Positions 20,239-32,100 of a stretch of 36,669 nt of DNA are shown one piece after another (the first letter of the stretch is position 1; every line of letters begins with the position of its first letter). The notes under the pieces were generated by a model that was not told the origin of the DNA, ran no database searches, and saw only the letters and a program-made list of their open reading frames with translations. The position numbers and the translations under genes are program-made. Origin of the DNA: Babesia bigemina. Lineage: Eukaryota. Location of the stretch: assembly GCF_000981445.1 (NCBI RefSeq), contig NW_012237334.1:1-36669 (forward strand). The letters run 5' to 3'.

Positions 20239-20430
20239 TTAGCTGTAGAACGCGATGCAGAAGGGTATCTTGCGTACGAGGAAATCGCGGATGTTGCGGC
20301 CCACCGGGAAGCGGAAGATGCACAGGTCGAGCAGGATGATGGCGACGATGATGGCAACGATGACGGCGGCGATGGCTTGGGGGGAAGTAGTTACTTCACT
20401 GCTCAGGTGATTGATTATAAACGCAATCAT
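20239..20430 (-). other. Orphan TM/cytoplasmic-tail cassette, type A (63-aa mini-ORF)
   Basis: MIAFIINHLSSEVTTSPQAIAAVIVAIIVAIILLDLCIFRFPVGRNIRDFLVRKIPFCIAFYS*. Confidence 0.7.
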
Positions 20431-20475
20431 TACTGTCTATAACATTAGATGTCAGTTGCCAGTCGGTTATTGTCA

Positions 20476-21251
20476 TCAGCTGCGCAGTAGATACCGCACC
20501 CTGTGGAACGGCCGGATGCGGAAGTATATCATGGCGCAGATGACGATGATGATGAGGGCGACGGGGACGATGATGTAAGGGACGGGGGAAAATGGTGATT
20601 CAGAGGGGCTGATGGAATGCAGTTGTCCGGTGTGCTGCTGAGCATGGGAGGAGGCGGCACCGGGGGCAAGGCCGGCATGGGGGGAAGTAGAGAGACGGGA
20701 AGTTTTAGCACGTTTCCGTTCACAACAGTTACACATACAGCCGTCATTACATTTAACACAATCCTCAGGATGGCAATCCCCCCATCCAGTGCTGCGCTCA
20801 CTGTAGCTGTCGCGACATATAGAAAAACATCCTTGACATTTTTTACAACATATGTAGCAGCATCTACAATTGTTCTTTTGACAATTTGTGCCACACTTAC
20901 AAACACTCATCTTCCTGCTCCCCTCCCAGTCCCCTCAACCTGCAACCATGTCAATCACTCAAGCAGCACTCACCTACTGCAACACGTACACTGCCGCGCC
21001 CAGTCCCCTCAACCTGCAAACTTATCACTCACTCAAGCAGCACTCACCTACTGCAACACGTACCACTGCCGCGCCCAGTCCCCTCAACCTGCAAACATAT
21101 CAATCACTCAAGTAGCACTCACCAACTACAACACTACCACTGCCGCGCCCAGTCCCCTCATCAACACGTACTCTCACCCCTGTATCCCCCCAGCCCAGGC
21201 CACCGACACCCACGCTGCCCGGGATACCACAGCTGCCCTGACGCGACGCAT
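20476..21251 (-). CDS. Small Cys-rich single-pass membrane protein, copy 2; main exon 20910..20476, proposed signal exon 21251..21178
   Basis: Exon 1 MRRVRAAVVSRAAWVSVAWAGGIQG ends at GG|GTGAGA. It is in frame only with the CAG acceptor at 20917-20915 (170 aa). The acceptor homologous to copy 1 (20940) is out of frame. Cys-rich domain, stalk, type-B TM tail. Confidence 0.68.
20920..21177. repeat. Satellite E (~3.5 copies)
   Basis: Same unit as 10040-10364. Confidence 0.88.
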
Positions 21252-21644
21252 GTGATCGGCACCAACTGTCACTCTAAACTATTCACTATACGCAACGCCA
21301 TTAAAATTGCAGCGAACCCCGTGCGCTCAACTCCCACAGTGCAGCAGCACCGTGCTACGAGCCGCGGTATCGGCGCCATACTGGCGGAGCGTGTCGGCTA
21401 CGTGCCTAATGTGATATTAACAATCGCTACATTGCCGCCTATAAACGCTACTTAACGACGCCAACGCGTATTACGCCACCCTGCCAGTGACTCGCAACAC
21501 ACGACTTAGGTCACCCGCCGCGGCCCTCACGACCGCCTACGTTAGCGACCAATCAGCCAGCCTCACGTGACACTGACTCAATGGGCAACGCGGACACCTC
21601 TCACAGTCAACGCACAGCTCAACGCAACAACCAAATGACGGTTC

Positions 21645-21935
21645 ATGTGCTAGCTTACCACTTTGCCTGGGTGCTAGCTTAACACTTTGCCTGGGTGCCA
21701 GCTTAGCACTTTGCCTGGGTGCTCGCTTAGCACTTTGCCTGGGTGCTAGCTTACCACTTTGCCTGGTTGCTTGCTTATCACGTTGACTGGTTGCTAGCTT
21801 AGCACGTTGCCTGGTTGCTAGCTTAGCACTTTGCCTAGTTGCTAGGTTAGCACTTTGCCTGGATGCCAGCTTACCACTTTGCCTGGGTGCTAGGTTAGCA
21901 CTTGGCTTGGGTGCTAGGTTAGCACGTTGCTTGGT
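21645..21935. repeat. Satellite D (shorter array)
   Basis: Same 24-bp unit as 10855-11477. Confidence 0.93.
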
Positions 21936-22076
21936 AGTTCAGTCATCACCTAATCTAAGTGCTATTTAGTTCACAGGTTGCCGCTAGAGTAATTCGAGAC
22001 ATTAGACTACGTTTGTTGGTTAGGTGAGTAGGTGAGTAGTTACGTGAGTTACTGTGAATTGCAAGTGTGAGTACAA

Positions 22077-25000
22077 TTACGGTTGTAGATACGATATCTT
22101 GGCAAGCCTTCCGACTTGCGCCGCCGCCAACAATGACTGCGCCGTTATCTTGTGCGATGATGGTGATCTCAGGTGTGAGCGGATGTGGAGCACATCCAGT
22201 CTGCCAACCATGACGCAGATGAGGTAGAAGAGGGACAGCGACCAGAGTGCGACGTTAAGCCATATAAACGGCTGCCTGATGCTGAAGAGGAAGTCGTCGC
22301 ACCTGTCGAACAACTCCGTGAAGTATGTTGACCTAATGACGTTTTGGACTTGCTGTATAAATGCGAAACATGTTTTTTCTGATGCGGTCAAACTCTTGGC
22401 GTCTTCGAAAACGAAGCCGTATTTATACAGCGTAGGCAAAATGCCTTTGCAGCTGACGACGGAGGAGCATTTGCAAGCCCCCTCAATCAGACCGTGTTCG
22501 CCTCGTTTACATTTGTCAGCACGGAGGCACGTGCTGCATCCCCAATCACGGCAGAAAATATTTTTCAATGCGTCATGTAAATTTTCAAGATATTTGTGGA
22601 AATCCCATGGCAGATATAGAGCCCACGATAGGTACGCATTCACGTGCTTCTTGGCTACGTAGTAGTAGGCATCGTAGCATAGTGAATGAAGGTATGGAGC
22701 GGTGTAAGCCGTTTGCTCCGCACTTGCTGTCGACGTTGACAAACTTGACAAGTCAGCACGTTTGACTTCACGATTTGGATGACCATTCTGAGTGCTACCA
22801 TACGCATTACGAAGTGCGTCCGTCAGTGTGGCAGTCTGATCATACAGGCCGATGGATCTGCTGAGAGTGGACGAATGGAATGCGTCCTTAATCAGATGCG
22901 TACCAGATTCATGCCACTTCTTAACAAGTGACAAAGCAAAACCGAAGTGTTCAGGCAACGTAGACGGCGGTTTCGTAACGACGCATAGCAGCGATGAAAT
23001 TAGATTGGTGCCGAAGAAATAACTTAGGGTTTCATACAAATCCCAACCTTTACGCGTCGATCCCGAAAACCCTCTAAAGCCAAGCGGTGTCAAGCACGGC
23101 ATTCCTGGCTTAGAGGTCGGGCATGTTTTACATTCAGCCTTGCAGCCAATAGCGCTTACCTGATGTGGTAAATGCCCTGGCAGGCAGTCATTTAAGTAGC
23201 TCATTAGCGGAGACGTAGGTTGGCACTTTGGTTGATCGCTAGAATGCTCGGTACATTGCGATTTGCCTGTGGCTATATCCCTACCGTATAGGCAGTCACT
23301 CCACCCGAATTGGTCTGCCTTTACACCGCATCGCTTGAATAAGTACCTAAGCGGCGGTAAGATTCTACGAAGAACATCTAAGAACATCTGCAGACAATCG
23401 GCGCCGCTTTGGGGGTATTTCAGACCGAAGGAGTTGTTACAGAAGTCAATACCATAAATGGTGCCTGCGTCGCCGTGGCCTCCGATAGCACATAGGATGT
23501 CGTAGGATTTGGTACAGATGTGGTGTAGCACGGTCCTGATATTCTTATATGTGAACTTTCTGGGACACGCATCGATGAAGAACGAATCCATGTCGTATAC
23601 GATGATGTCGTCATCATCGGTGAGCGGTTTGGCAGGGTTATCCAGGAGGTCAGTGAAACCGTCGGACTTCAACTCAGCATATGCGTTGTTGTACGGCAGT
23701 CCAGCAAACCATATAAGCATTTCAAACACACTACATGGCTGTCTTTTAGCGGCGAAGGTTGCGCAGTGGCTGACCTGATTGTACTCTTCCACGTGACTGC
23801 AGATACAGTTAAGAATGTCTAAAAGGTGGAACTTATCATTTCTGTCGTGATTTCTCGATTCACATCCCTCAAGATGCTCATTTCCATCTGCCTCCTTTAT
23901 CGGCCACAATATTCTTTTATATACGTTCTCACCGAGCACTGTCTCCTTATTCTGCAATTCACCGTCCTGCTTATCTACAGAAACGCTGTAACCAAGATCT
24001 CTCATAGTTCTTCCGAGGTCAGTGGATTGGTTGATTTTCTGTTTACTCAAACTTCTACATTCGCCTCTCAACCGGTCGAGGTCGTGGAACAGTGTCGCCA
24101 GTATAGTCAGGAAGGCTTTGGCGACGTTTCGGCCTTCCTTGGTTAACTCAGTTTTTTCACTCTGCGAATTTTTCACCAGCTCACCGCCAAACGTTACACT
24201 ATCATATGATGAGATGTACACCCTACGAAGTTCACCGATGAAGTGAGTAAGTCCCGCAATGAGACCATCGATGGCCGGGCTGCTCGGCTTGGCAAAGCCG
24301 TCAGGTTTGAGGTTGCTGAGGGCAGCGTCAACGTTGTCAAGCAGCTCGGGCAGGGTGTGGTCATATCTATGTGTTCTATGAATGTGGGTAAGCGCTTCAT
24401 TAAATGCGTCGTAAATTGCAATGAGCTGTCCGTGATAGTCATAGACATCCTTGACAACGGGATGCTTCTTGTCGTTTTCCTCTTCGTTAAGTCTGACTAT
24501 CTCTTTGTTGACATAGGATGCGAGTGGTGACCAGAAGTGTTTGAATGCTTTCGACAGATTTTCGAATGCTGTTTTCTCCGCCGAATCAACGGGGTCGGCT
24601 GCCAGACTGCTAAGCTTCTTAATATTTTGGCCGGTGGTTTTACCTTCCGTAACTTCACCCTCGACAGCTTTCATGAAGCCTTTAAATCCCATTGTCAAAT
24701 CACGATCTATTGCCGCAGGTAGCTTTTCCAACTCATGATGAATTTTAGCGCTGAAGGTCGTCAGGGCATCTCTTGCCGACGTGACATAGTTTTTCCGCAG
24801 GGTGGTTGTTAGCTTGTCGGTAGCTTGCTTAATTACGTCGTTCACATGTTTAGTAAGTTGTGTCAAAATTTGGTTGCCTGCATTTTCTGCATAGGTTAGT
24901 AGCTTTTTGGTGTCCACTGCAACAACGGTCTCTATCGTGTTATGCAGAGCCTTGATTTGTTCTTTGATTTTGCTGAGTTGTTCTTCGATTTTCCCATCAA

Positions 25001-27467
25001 TTAGATCGTTCAAGCCTCTATTAACATCTCTACCGGCGCGTCTTACCGAATTACACAAACGATGTGTTTCTTCGTTTACTTCTTGTAGTTGCTTTTCGGC
25101 TTCCTCATTGATTTTCTGAACCTGTTCCAAAGCCTTCTCCACTTCTGTCTTTATCGCACCGATCGCCGCGGGGAGGTGGCCTTCAGAATCGGTGCCAGTT
25201 AAGTCAGTGCCGTTTTTAATGGGACCCGATTCTTGTATGACAAATTCATTGTATTGGTTGAACGTCGTTTCCGTCTCGAGCGTGGCTGTGCTACCAGTCC
25301 CTTTCGGCAACTTCTCCTCAAGCGTCCTAGTAACCCCGTCAATCGCGGCGTCGACGGCGGCGGCGTAGTTGGTGCCAGATTTACTAATCGCCGTCTCAAG
25401 CTTAGTGTGAAGGTCGCTCGCTGTATTGTAAGCCCCCTGCACCGTGGCTGCGAGATTGGGATATTGCCCGAGAGCGAATGTCTCAATCTCTTTAGAGGCC
25501 TGACTGGCTTTGGATGCTAGTGCAATCACGACGATGGATACCGTACCTCGTAATATGTCTTTGTATGTTTTACCTTCCTCGCCACTGTTTACTATATCAT
25601 GCTCAACAAGAGTGAGTATTTCATCTACAAAGCTTGTCATTGCGTCCTTTGCTAGTTTTGTACCAAGCGCCGTTACGAAATTATTTATACCTTTTATGAC
25701 AGCTTCAATTCTCTCTTTCATGTTGCTTTTGCTTGCGTTGTTAACAGTTTCACTGGCTTGTTTGATAAAATTACTTTGCTTTAGGGTATACATAACCTTC
25801 TCTTTTATGGCTTTAACTATCGCATTTACATTGCCTTTACTTGCCTGTAATTTATCGATGTTGTTCTTATCTGTGATGTACGTGTTTACGTAACCCTTTA
25901 TTTGCTCTTCGAGTAATCCTTTTTCGTTAAGGCTTTTTGCCTCCCGCCCCAAAACATCATCCATCCAACCTTTCACTGTGTTTTCGAAGGATTCCGGTGT
26001 GCCATACATTCCAACGTAATCCTCAGTTTTTTTTTCAGCGGCCGCAAGACCTCCTGCTCTGCCATTATTGGTACCCTTAATGCTAATGGCTTGGATTTTA
26101 ACATGCTTAATGACATCTGCAATACTCTCATTTCGCCTTCCACTCTCGGAATTACCTGTCGTAACTACTCCATACAACTTCCCAATCGCATCCTTAATCC
26201 CCGCCACCTGCTTATTAACAGCATCCTTCACCTTATACAAATCCCCTTTAATCGCCTCGTCCATGGATTTCACCTGCGCAAGCGCTTTTCTGGCAGTCTC
26301 CTGAACTTTCTCTTTCGCCGCCTTACCAGCCTGGTACAACTCCTCTGCCTTGCCTCTCAGCGTCATGGCGGCGGCTTCCAAATTCTGCCGATTTGCTGAT
26401 TTTTCACCTCTATCACCCCATTTAACCTCCTCTAATATCTTGGCTACATCTTTCTGCAGGAACGTAATGTCACTTTTCGTACGCTTTATCCAATCTTCAA
26501 GCGACAGAACACTCTCCCACAGTTGCTTGTCAATGCGTTGAAGTTCTTTCAAAATGGCCGAAATTTTGTTCATCAGCTCATTGACGAACGCCGTTATTTT
26601 TTCTGTGATATCGGTATTAACGCAGTTTCCAAGACTAGTGAGCGTCGATTGAATTAAACTCTCTACGGTTTTGAAATCCTTCCACTCCTTTCCCTTGGAT
26701 GACCATCTATTTAACATTTCAGCCTCGTGAAAAATATTATCACGTGCGTTGTTTACATTGTTCTTACATTCATCATTTAGATAACTAATGGCTTTAAAAT
26801 CTTCTTCTGCTTTCCTCATATTGGAGAAAAACACTCGGGCAAAACTCTTACATTCGTCCACTAGTGAGACGGCTCTAGACACAGCATGGCCAATTTCAGT
26901 CGGAGCATTTTCATGCTGTTTAGGCAAGATAGCAGATGCTTTCTCATCGAATTTTTTGTTGAGATCTGCTTGTAGTTTTTTTATTGGCTTACTGACTTTG
27001 TCGTTACTCTCCTTCACTCTCTCATTATACCCCCGCACCCCTTTAACCACCTCTCCAATCGCAATATTAAAACCGTTTTTACCAAGGTGTTTATTTTGCT
27101 TAAGACTGTTAATTGCAATGTCTAAAGTATTTTTATGCTGCCCTAAATGGCCTTGGATGTTACTGAGAATACCACTCAAAAATCCCATCACCCCGTCACA
27201 CAGCCTGTCCAAGTCGGAGTACACAATACCCTGGCCGTCGTAGCCTTTGGAGTCAGAGTTGAAGCCGAGGAAAGTTTCGAGGCCAGTGCAAAGGTTAGTA
27301 AGGATGTTAGTAGGGTTGTTATTTGAGGTGTTTTTGAGGTTTTAAATTTTGTCAAATTTCTTGTCAAGCTCCCTAGGCGGCAGATGGTAAGGGCAGTGGC
27401 AAGAGGTGGAAGAGGGGAAGTGAAGGGTGACAAGGCACAAGTTATTGTGATGGTTTATAGAGGTCAT
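22077..27467 (-). CDS. ves/VESA-like gene 3; leader ATG 27467 in frame but interrupted by TAA at 27344-27342; first downstream ATG 27188
   Basis: Track ORF 22077..27224 (1715 aa) has the same motifs and the same ...AAQVGRLAKISYLQP tail as gene 2. Leader translated manually. Confidence 0.88.
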
Positions 27468-27492
27468 AGCGGTAATATGGCGAGGTGATTCG

Positions 27493-28300
27493 AGGGATGT
27501 GGAGTGGATAAAGGAGCGATGTAGAGTGGATAAAGGAGCGATGTAGAGTGGGTTAAGGGGCGATGTGGAGTGGATAAAGGGGCGATGTGGAGTGGGTTAG
27601 GGAGCGATGTAGAGTGGGTTAGAGAGCGATGTAGAGTGGATAAAGGGGCGATGTAGAGTGGATAAGCGGCGATGTAGAGTGGATAAAGGGGCGATGTAGA
27701 GTGCGTTAAGGGGCGATGTGGAGTGGGTAAAGGAGCGATGTAGAGTGGGTAAAGGGGCGATGTAGAGTGGATAAAGGGGCGATGTAGAGTGGATAGAGGA
27801 GCGATGTAGAGTGGGTAAAAGGGCGATGTAGAGTGGATAAAGGAGCGATGTAGAGTGGATAAGGGCGATGTGGAGTGGTAAAGGAGCGATGTAGAGTGGG
27901 TAAAGGAGCGATGTAGAGTACAGTGGGTAAAGGGGCGATGTAGAGTGCACAAGGAGCGATGTAGAGTGGGTAAAGGAGCGATGTAGAGTGGGTAAAGGAG
28001 CGATGTAGAGTGGATAGAGGGGCGATGTAGAGTGGATAGAGGGGCGATGTAGAGTGGATAAAGGGGCGATGTAGAGTGGGTTAAGGGGCGATGTGGAGTG
28101 GATAAAGGAGCGATGTAGAGTGGGTTAAGGGGCGATGTAGAGTGTTTTAGGGAGCGATGTGGAGTGGATAAGGGGCGATGTAGAGTGGGTTAGGGAGCGA
28201 TGTAGAGTGGATAAGGGAGCGATGTGGAGTGGGTAAGGGAGCGATGTAGAGTGGGTAAGGGAGCGATGTAGAGTGGATAAAGGGGCGATGTAGAGTGGGT
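27493..28300. repeat. Satellite A
   Basis: Same unit. Confidence 0.97.
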
Positions 28301-28314
28301 AATAATCACGACTT

Positions 28315-29018
28315 GTGTCCATGTCATCGCTGCCGTGACCATGTCATCGCTGCCGTGACCATATCATCGCTGCCGTGACCATGTCATCGCTGCCTTGACC
28401 ATGTCATCGCTGCCGTGACCATGTCATCGCTGCCGTGTCCATGTCATCGCTGCCGTGACCATGTCATCGCTGCCTTGACCATGTCATCGCTGCCGTGACC
28501 ATGTCATCGCTGCCGTGTCCATCTCATCGCTGCCGTGTCCATCAACTTGGTCAACACGTTGGTCACCACTTTGGTCAGCACCTTGGTCAGCACCTTGGTC
28601 ATGGCATTGGTCAGCACTTTGGTCAGCACATAGGTCACCACTTTGGTCATGGCATTGGTCAGCACTTTGGTCAGCACATTGGTCAGCGCATTGGTCAGCA
28701 TTTTGGTCAGCACTTTGGTCATGGCATTGGTCATGGCATTGGTCAGCACCTTGGTCATGGCATTGGTCACCACGTTGGTCAGCACCTTGGTCAGCACCTT
28801 GGTCAGCACCTTGGTCAGCACCTTGGTCAACACGTTGGTCAGCACTTTGGTCATCACGTTGGTCATGGCATTGGTCAGCACCTTGGTCAACACGTTGGTC
28901 ATGGCATTGGTCAGCACATTGGTCAACGCGTTGGTCACCACTTTGGTGACCACTTTGGTCAGCACTTAGGTCATGGCATTGGTCAACACGTTGGTCAGCA
29001 TCTTGGTCAACACTTTAG
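28315..29018. repeat. Satellite B (~28315-28545) then satellite C (~28546-29018)
   Basis: Direct tandem repetition. Confidence 0.95.
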
Positions 29019-29138
29019 TTAACTACTACACAATCACATACAACGATTAATGAGTGATTCAACAGATTAAAGCACAATTCATAAGTTAGGTGAGTAGGTG
29101 ATGCTAGGTGAGTGTAGGTAGTGATCACGTGAGTACGA

Positions 29139-32100
29139 TTATGGTTGCAGGTAAAACACCCTCCCCAGTTTGTTAACACGTGCAGCAGCAAGTAGTGATT
29201 GAGCAGCTATACGATGCGATGATGGACTATGTAGATGCGATTTGATGTGGAGCAGGTCGAGGCGGATGATGAAGATGTGGATGAGGTAGAGGAGCGAGAG
29301 GAGCCAGAGGGCCAATACAAGGTAGGAGAAGGGTTCACGGATTTTCCATAGATATTCTGGAATCGTTCTATAAACTAATTTGGCAAGCGCAGCTCCTACT
29401 TCTTCTTTGTCATTAAGTATAGATTTTAACGCGCTGCAAAAATCTTTGCACGTACGCTTTTTAGCGCCACTGTCGGACAAGCCGCTTAGTCTGTGCTGGC
29501 TTCCAAAAGTGAAGCCGTACTTATACAGCGTTGGATGGGTGTTTTGACATTCTACGATTGAATGGCATTTGGAATCATGATTCTTGCGATCGAGCTGCAT
29601 AACGGCTGCTTGTGTATTATTGGACTTCAGTAAATTATAGTAGCCCTTCACTGCACAATCTGCAACACAGCTCTTGTCGTGGCATCTGGTACCAGCAGTA
29701 TCGCAATTCTTGCAGCACTCGTCGAGCAGCGCCTTAAGCAATGCATAGAATGTTTCGCTAATGTATACAACCCACGACAGATATTGCTTGTTATTGGAGG
29801 CAGCGAATATACTATACAGGTTCAAGTTGACGGATTGAACGTACATCCCACACGTCGCCTCATCGCTGGACTCACACGACGTTATGCTAAACAGATCACC
29901 TTTTTTATGGGTACCGTCTGTATTACGGTGGCTGCTGCTGGCGAAAAGTGAAGGGAGATTGAACTCGTATTCGTTCCCGAAATAAGCCTCCTTGACTGCA
30001 CTTATGAACGCTACGCTCTTATGCGTAAGTGCTTCTTTATTCGGTTTAGTTATACCACTCCAGTTTGCTAGGTAACCTTGGAAGAACCCGAAGATATCTC
30101 CAAGTGTCTGAGGCGGCGTCTTCAGCAGACATTTTGTAATAGCGCACAGTCTGGTGAGTGGTCTGCCGACGTCTCCACACAGTTTGTAAACAGCATCCCT
30201 AAGATGCGTACCGTTCTGCGTATGCGATGCCACAATACCAATATCCCTGAAACCCATAGGCGTTTTACACGGTTTGCCAAAGTGGTTAGGAACAGCACAT
30301 TCTAGCTTGCAGCCTGGAGCCTTGAACTGATGCGGTAGGAAACCTTGTAACCCATCTTCCAGGAACGACTGAAGTGGAGATTTCACTCCGCACGTAGGGT
30401 GCCGGTCGCAGTTTTGCCCAGCATTTTGGTCACCATTTTGGTTAGCATTTTGGTTAGCGTTTTGGTCAGCTATTTGGGGACATGTTTGGTTGGCACATTG
30501 CTTCTTGTTGCAGTTCCAAGCCGACCCGGCAACGTGCTGCCCGTATTGACAATCACGCCAGCCGCCACTCTCAGGACCGTTCTGACAAATCTTGTATATA
30601 AATGTAAGTTGCTCATACACTCTGTTCGATACGTCGACGAGCATGTCAAAGCACGCACCTGCACTGCTGGGATAAGTGATGTTACTCTGGTTAGTGTAGA
30701 AGTCCACAGCATATACACCATCCGCGTGCCCGTGGCCCTGGATGGCAACCAGCACGTCGACGGAGTAGTTGCAAACTCTGCGAAGCTCATCGCTTAATTC
30801 CTTGGCGTTCAGCTTTGCGTCAGTGGATTCAAGATTGTACTCGGAATCCTTGTCCGATCCGGGTCCCTCGGGTTTCTTGAACAGTCCCTTGAAGTGCCCG
30901 CATAGTTTATCATACATAGGATTGTGCCGCAGTCCGGTGAGCCATTGCAGCATCTGATAAATATTGCACGGTGCTTTGGGCGCTGAAATGTGGCGAAGAT
31001 GAGACGTCTTAAAGTAGCTGATAAGGTGCTCGTGGAAGAAGTCAAGCACGTCGAGCAGGGTAATCTGTGAAGTAACTTGGGTGCTTCCTTTGGTGGACTC
31101 ACTCTTCTGCTTCCACTGTGTAAGGATGCTATTTGCAGATTTTAGATTATTTTTGAGTAGCTCACCTGATATGTTCTCTGCCTTTAATTCCTTTTTATTT
31201 CTCAACTCCCCATCGTGGGAATCTGCCTCTTTGGATACCTGGTAACCGTTCCTTTGGAAATAAGCTCCGAGCGGATTTGTCATATTCCTATCTTTCTCAT
31301 TAATCGTCTGTAAATTAATTTGTCTCTTTTTTTGTTTGGCGCATCCATCACTCAACCAATGCAACTGATGATACAATGTCTCCAAAATCGTCAAAAATAC
31401 TTTCGACAACTTTCTGCCATCATCCGTTAACTCCGCATCTGACCCGGAATTGACATCAGAATTTGACTTAGTAATAACCAAATTACTCAATTTATCAATC
31501 CCCTCCCCTCCATCATACCTGTTCACATACCCCTTCTCCAACTCTCCCACGAATCCCAGCATCCCCTGCTTCAGCGCCTTGAGCACGGGCCGTCCTGCGT
31601 CCGGCAGCGCTTGGGGGTCGAGGGAGGAGGTGGAAGAGGAGAGGGGAGTTAGGGAATCAATGCGGTTATTCAAATTATTAATATTTGTACTAAATTTGTA
31701 ATCAAAATGCTGCGAATCGTGCAGTTGGCTAAACATATTTTGGCAGACAAGGGAGAGTGATTTGACCTGGTTGGAAATGTCATGGCCGTTAGTTTGCTGT
31801 GCAACGTAAGACATTATTTTGGCGATAAACACGTTGACATTAGTGGAGAGGGATGAGATATTCTGAGAGATAAGTTGGTCGGTATTGGCGTCGAAATAGC
31901 GTTTCGTTTTTTTAAGCAGGCCTTTGACGCCGGTAGATAAGTCGTCGTTAATGGTCTTGGTTATTTTCTCAAGTTGAATATCAAGACATTTCTGTAGTGA
32001 GGTCAGCTCCTTCTGCTTTCTTTGAGCATATAGCCATTTTGCCTCGTTTTGAATTTCTTTGAAGCCCTCAGTAATTGTGGCGTCAACGTCTGCATGAAGC

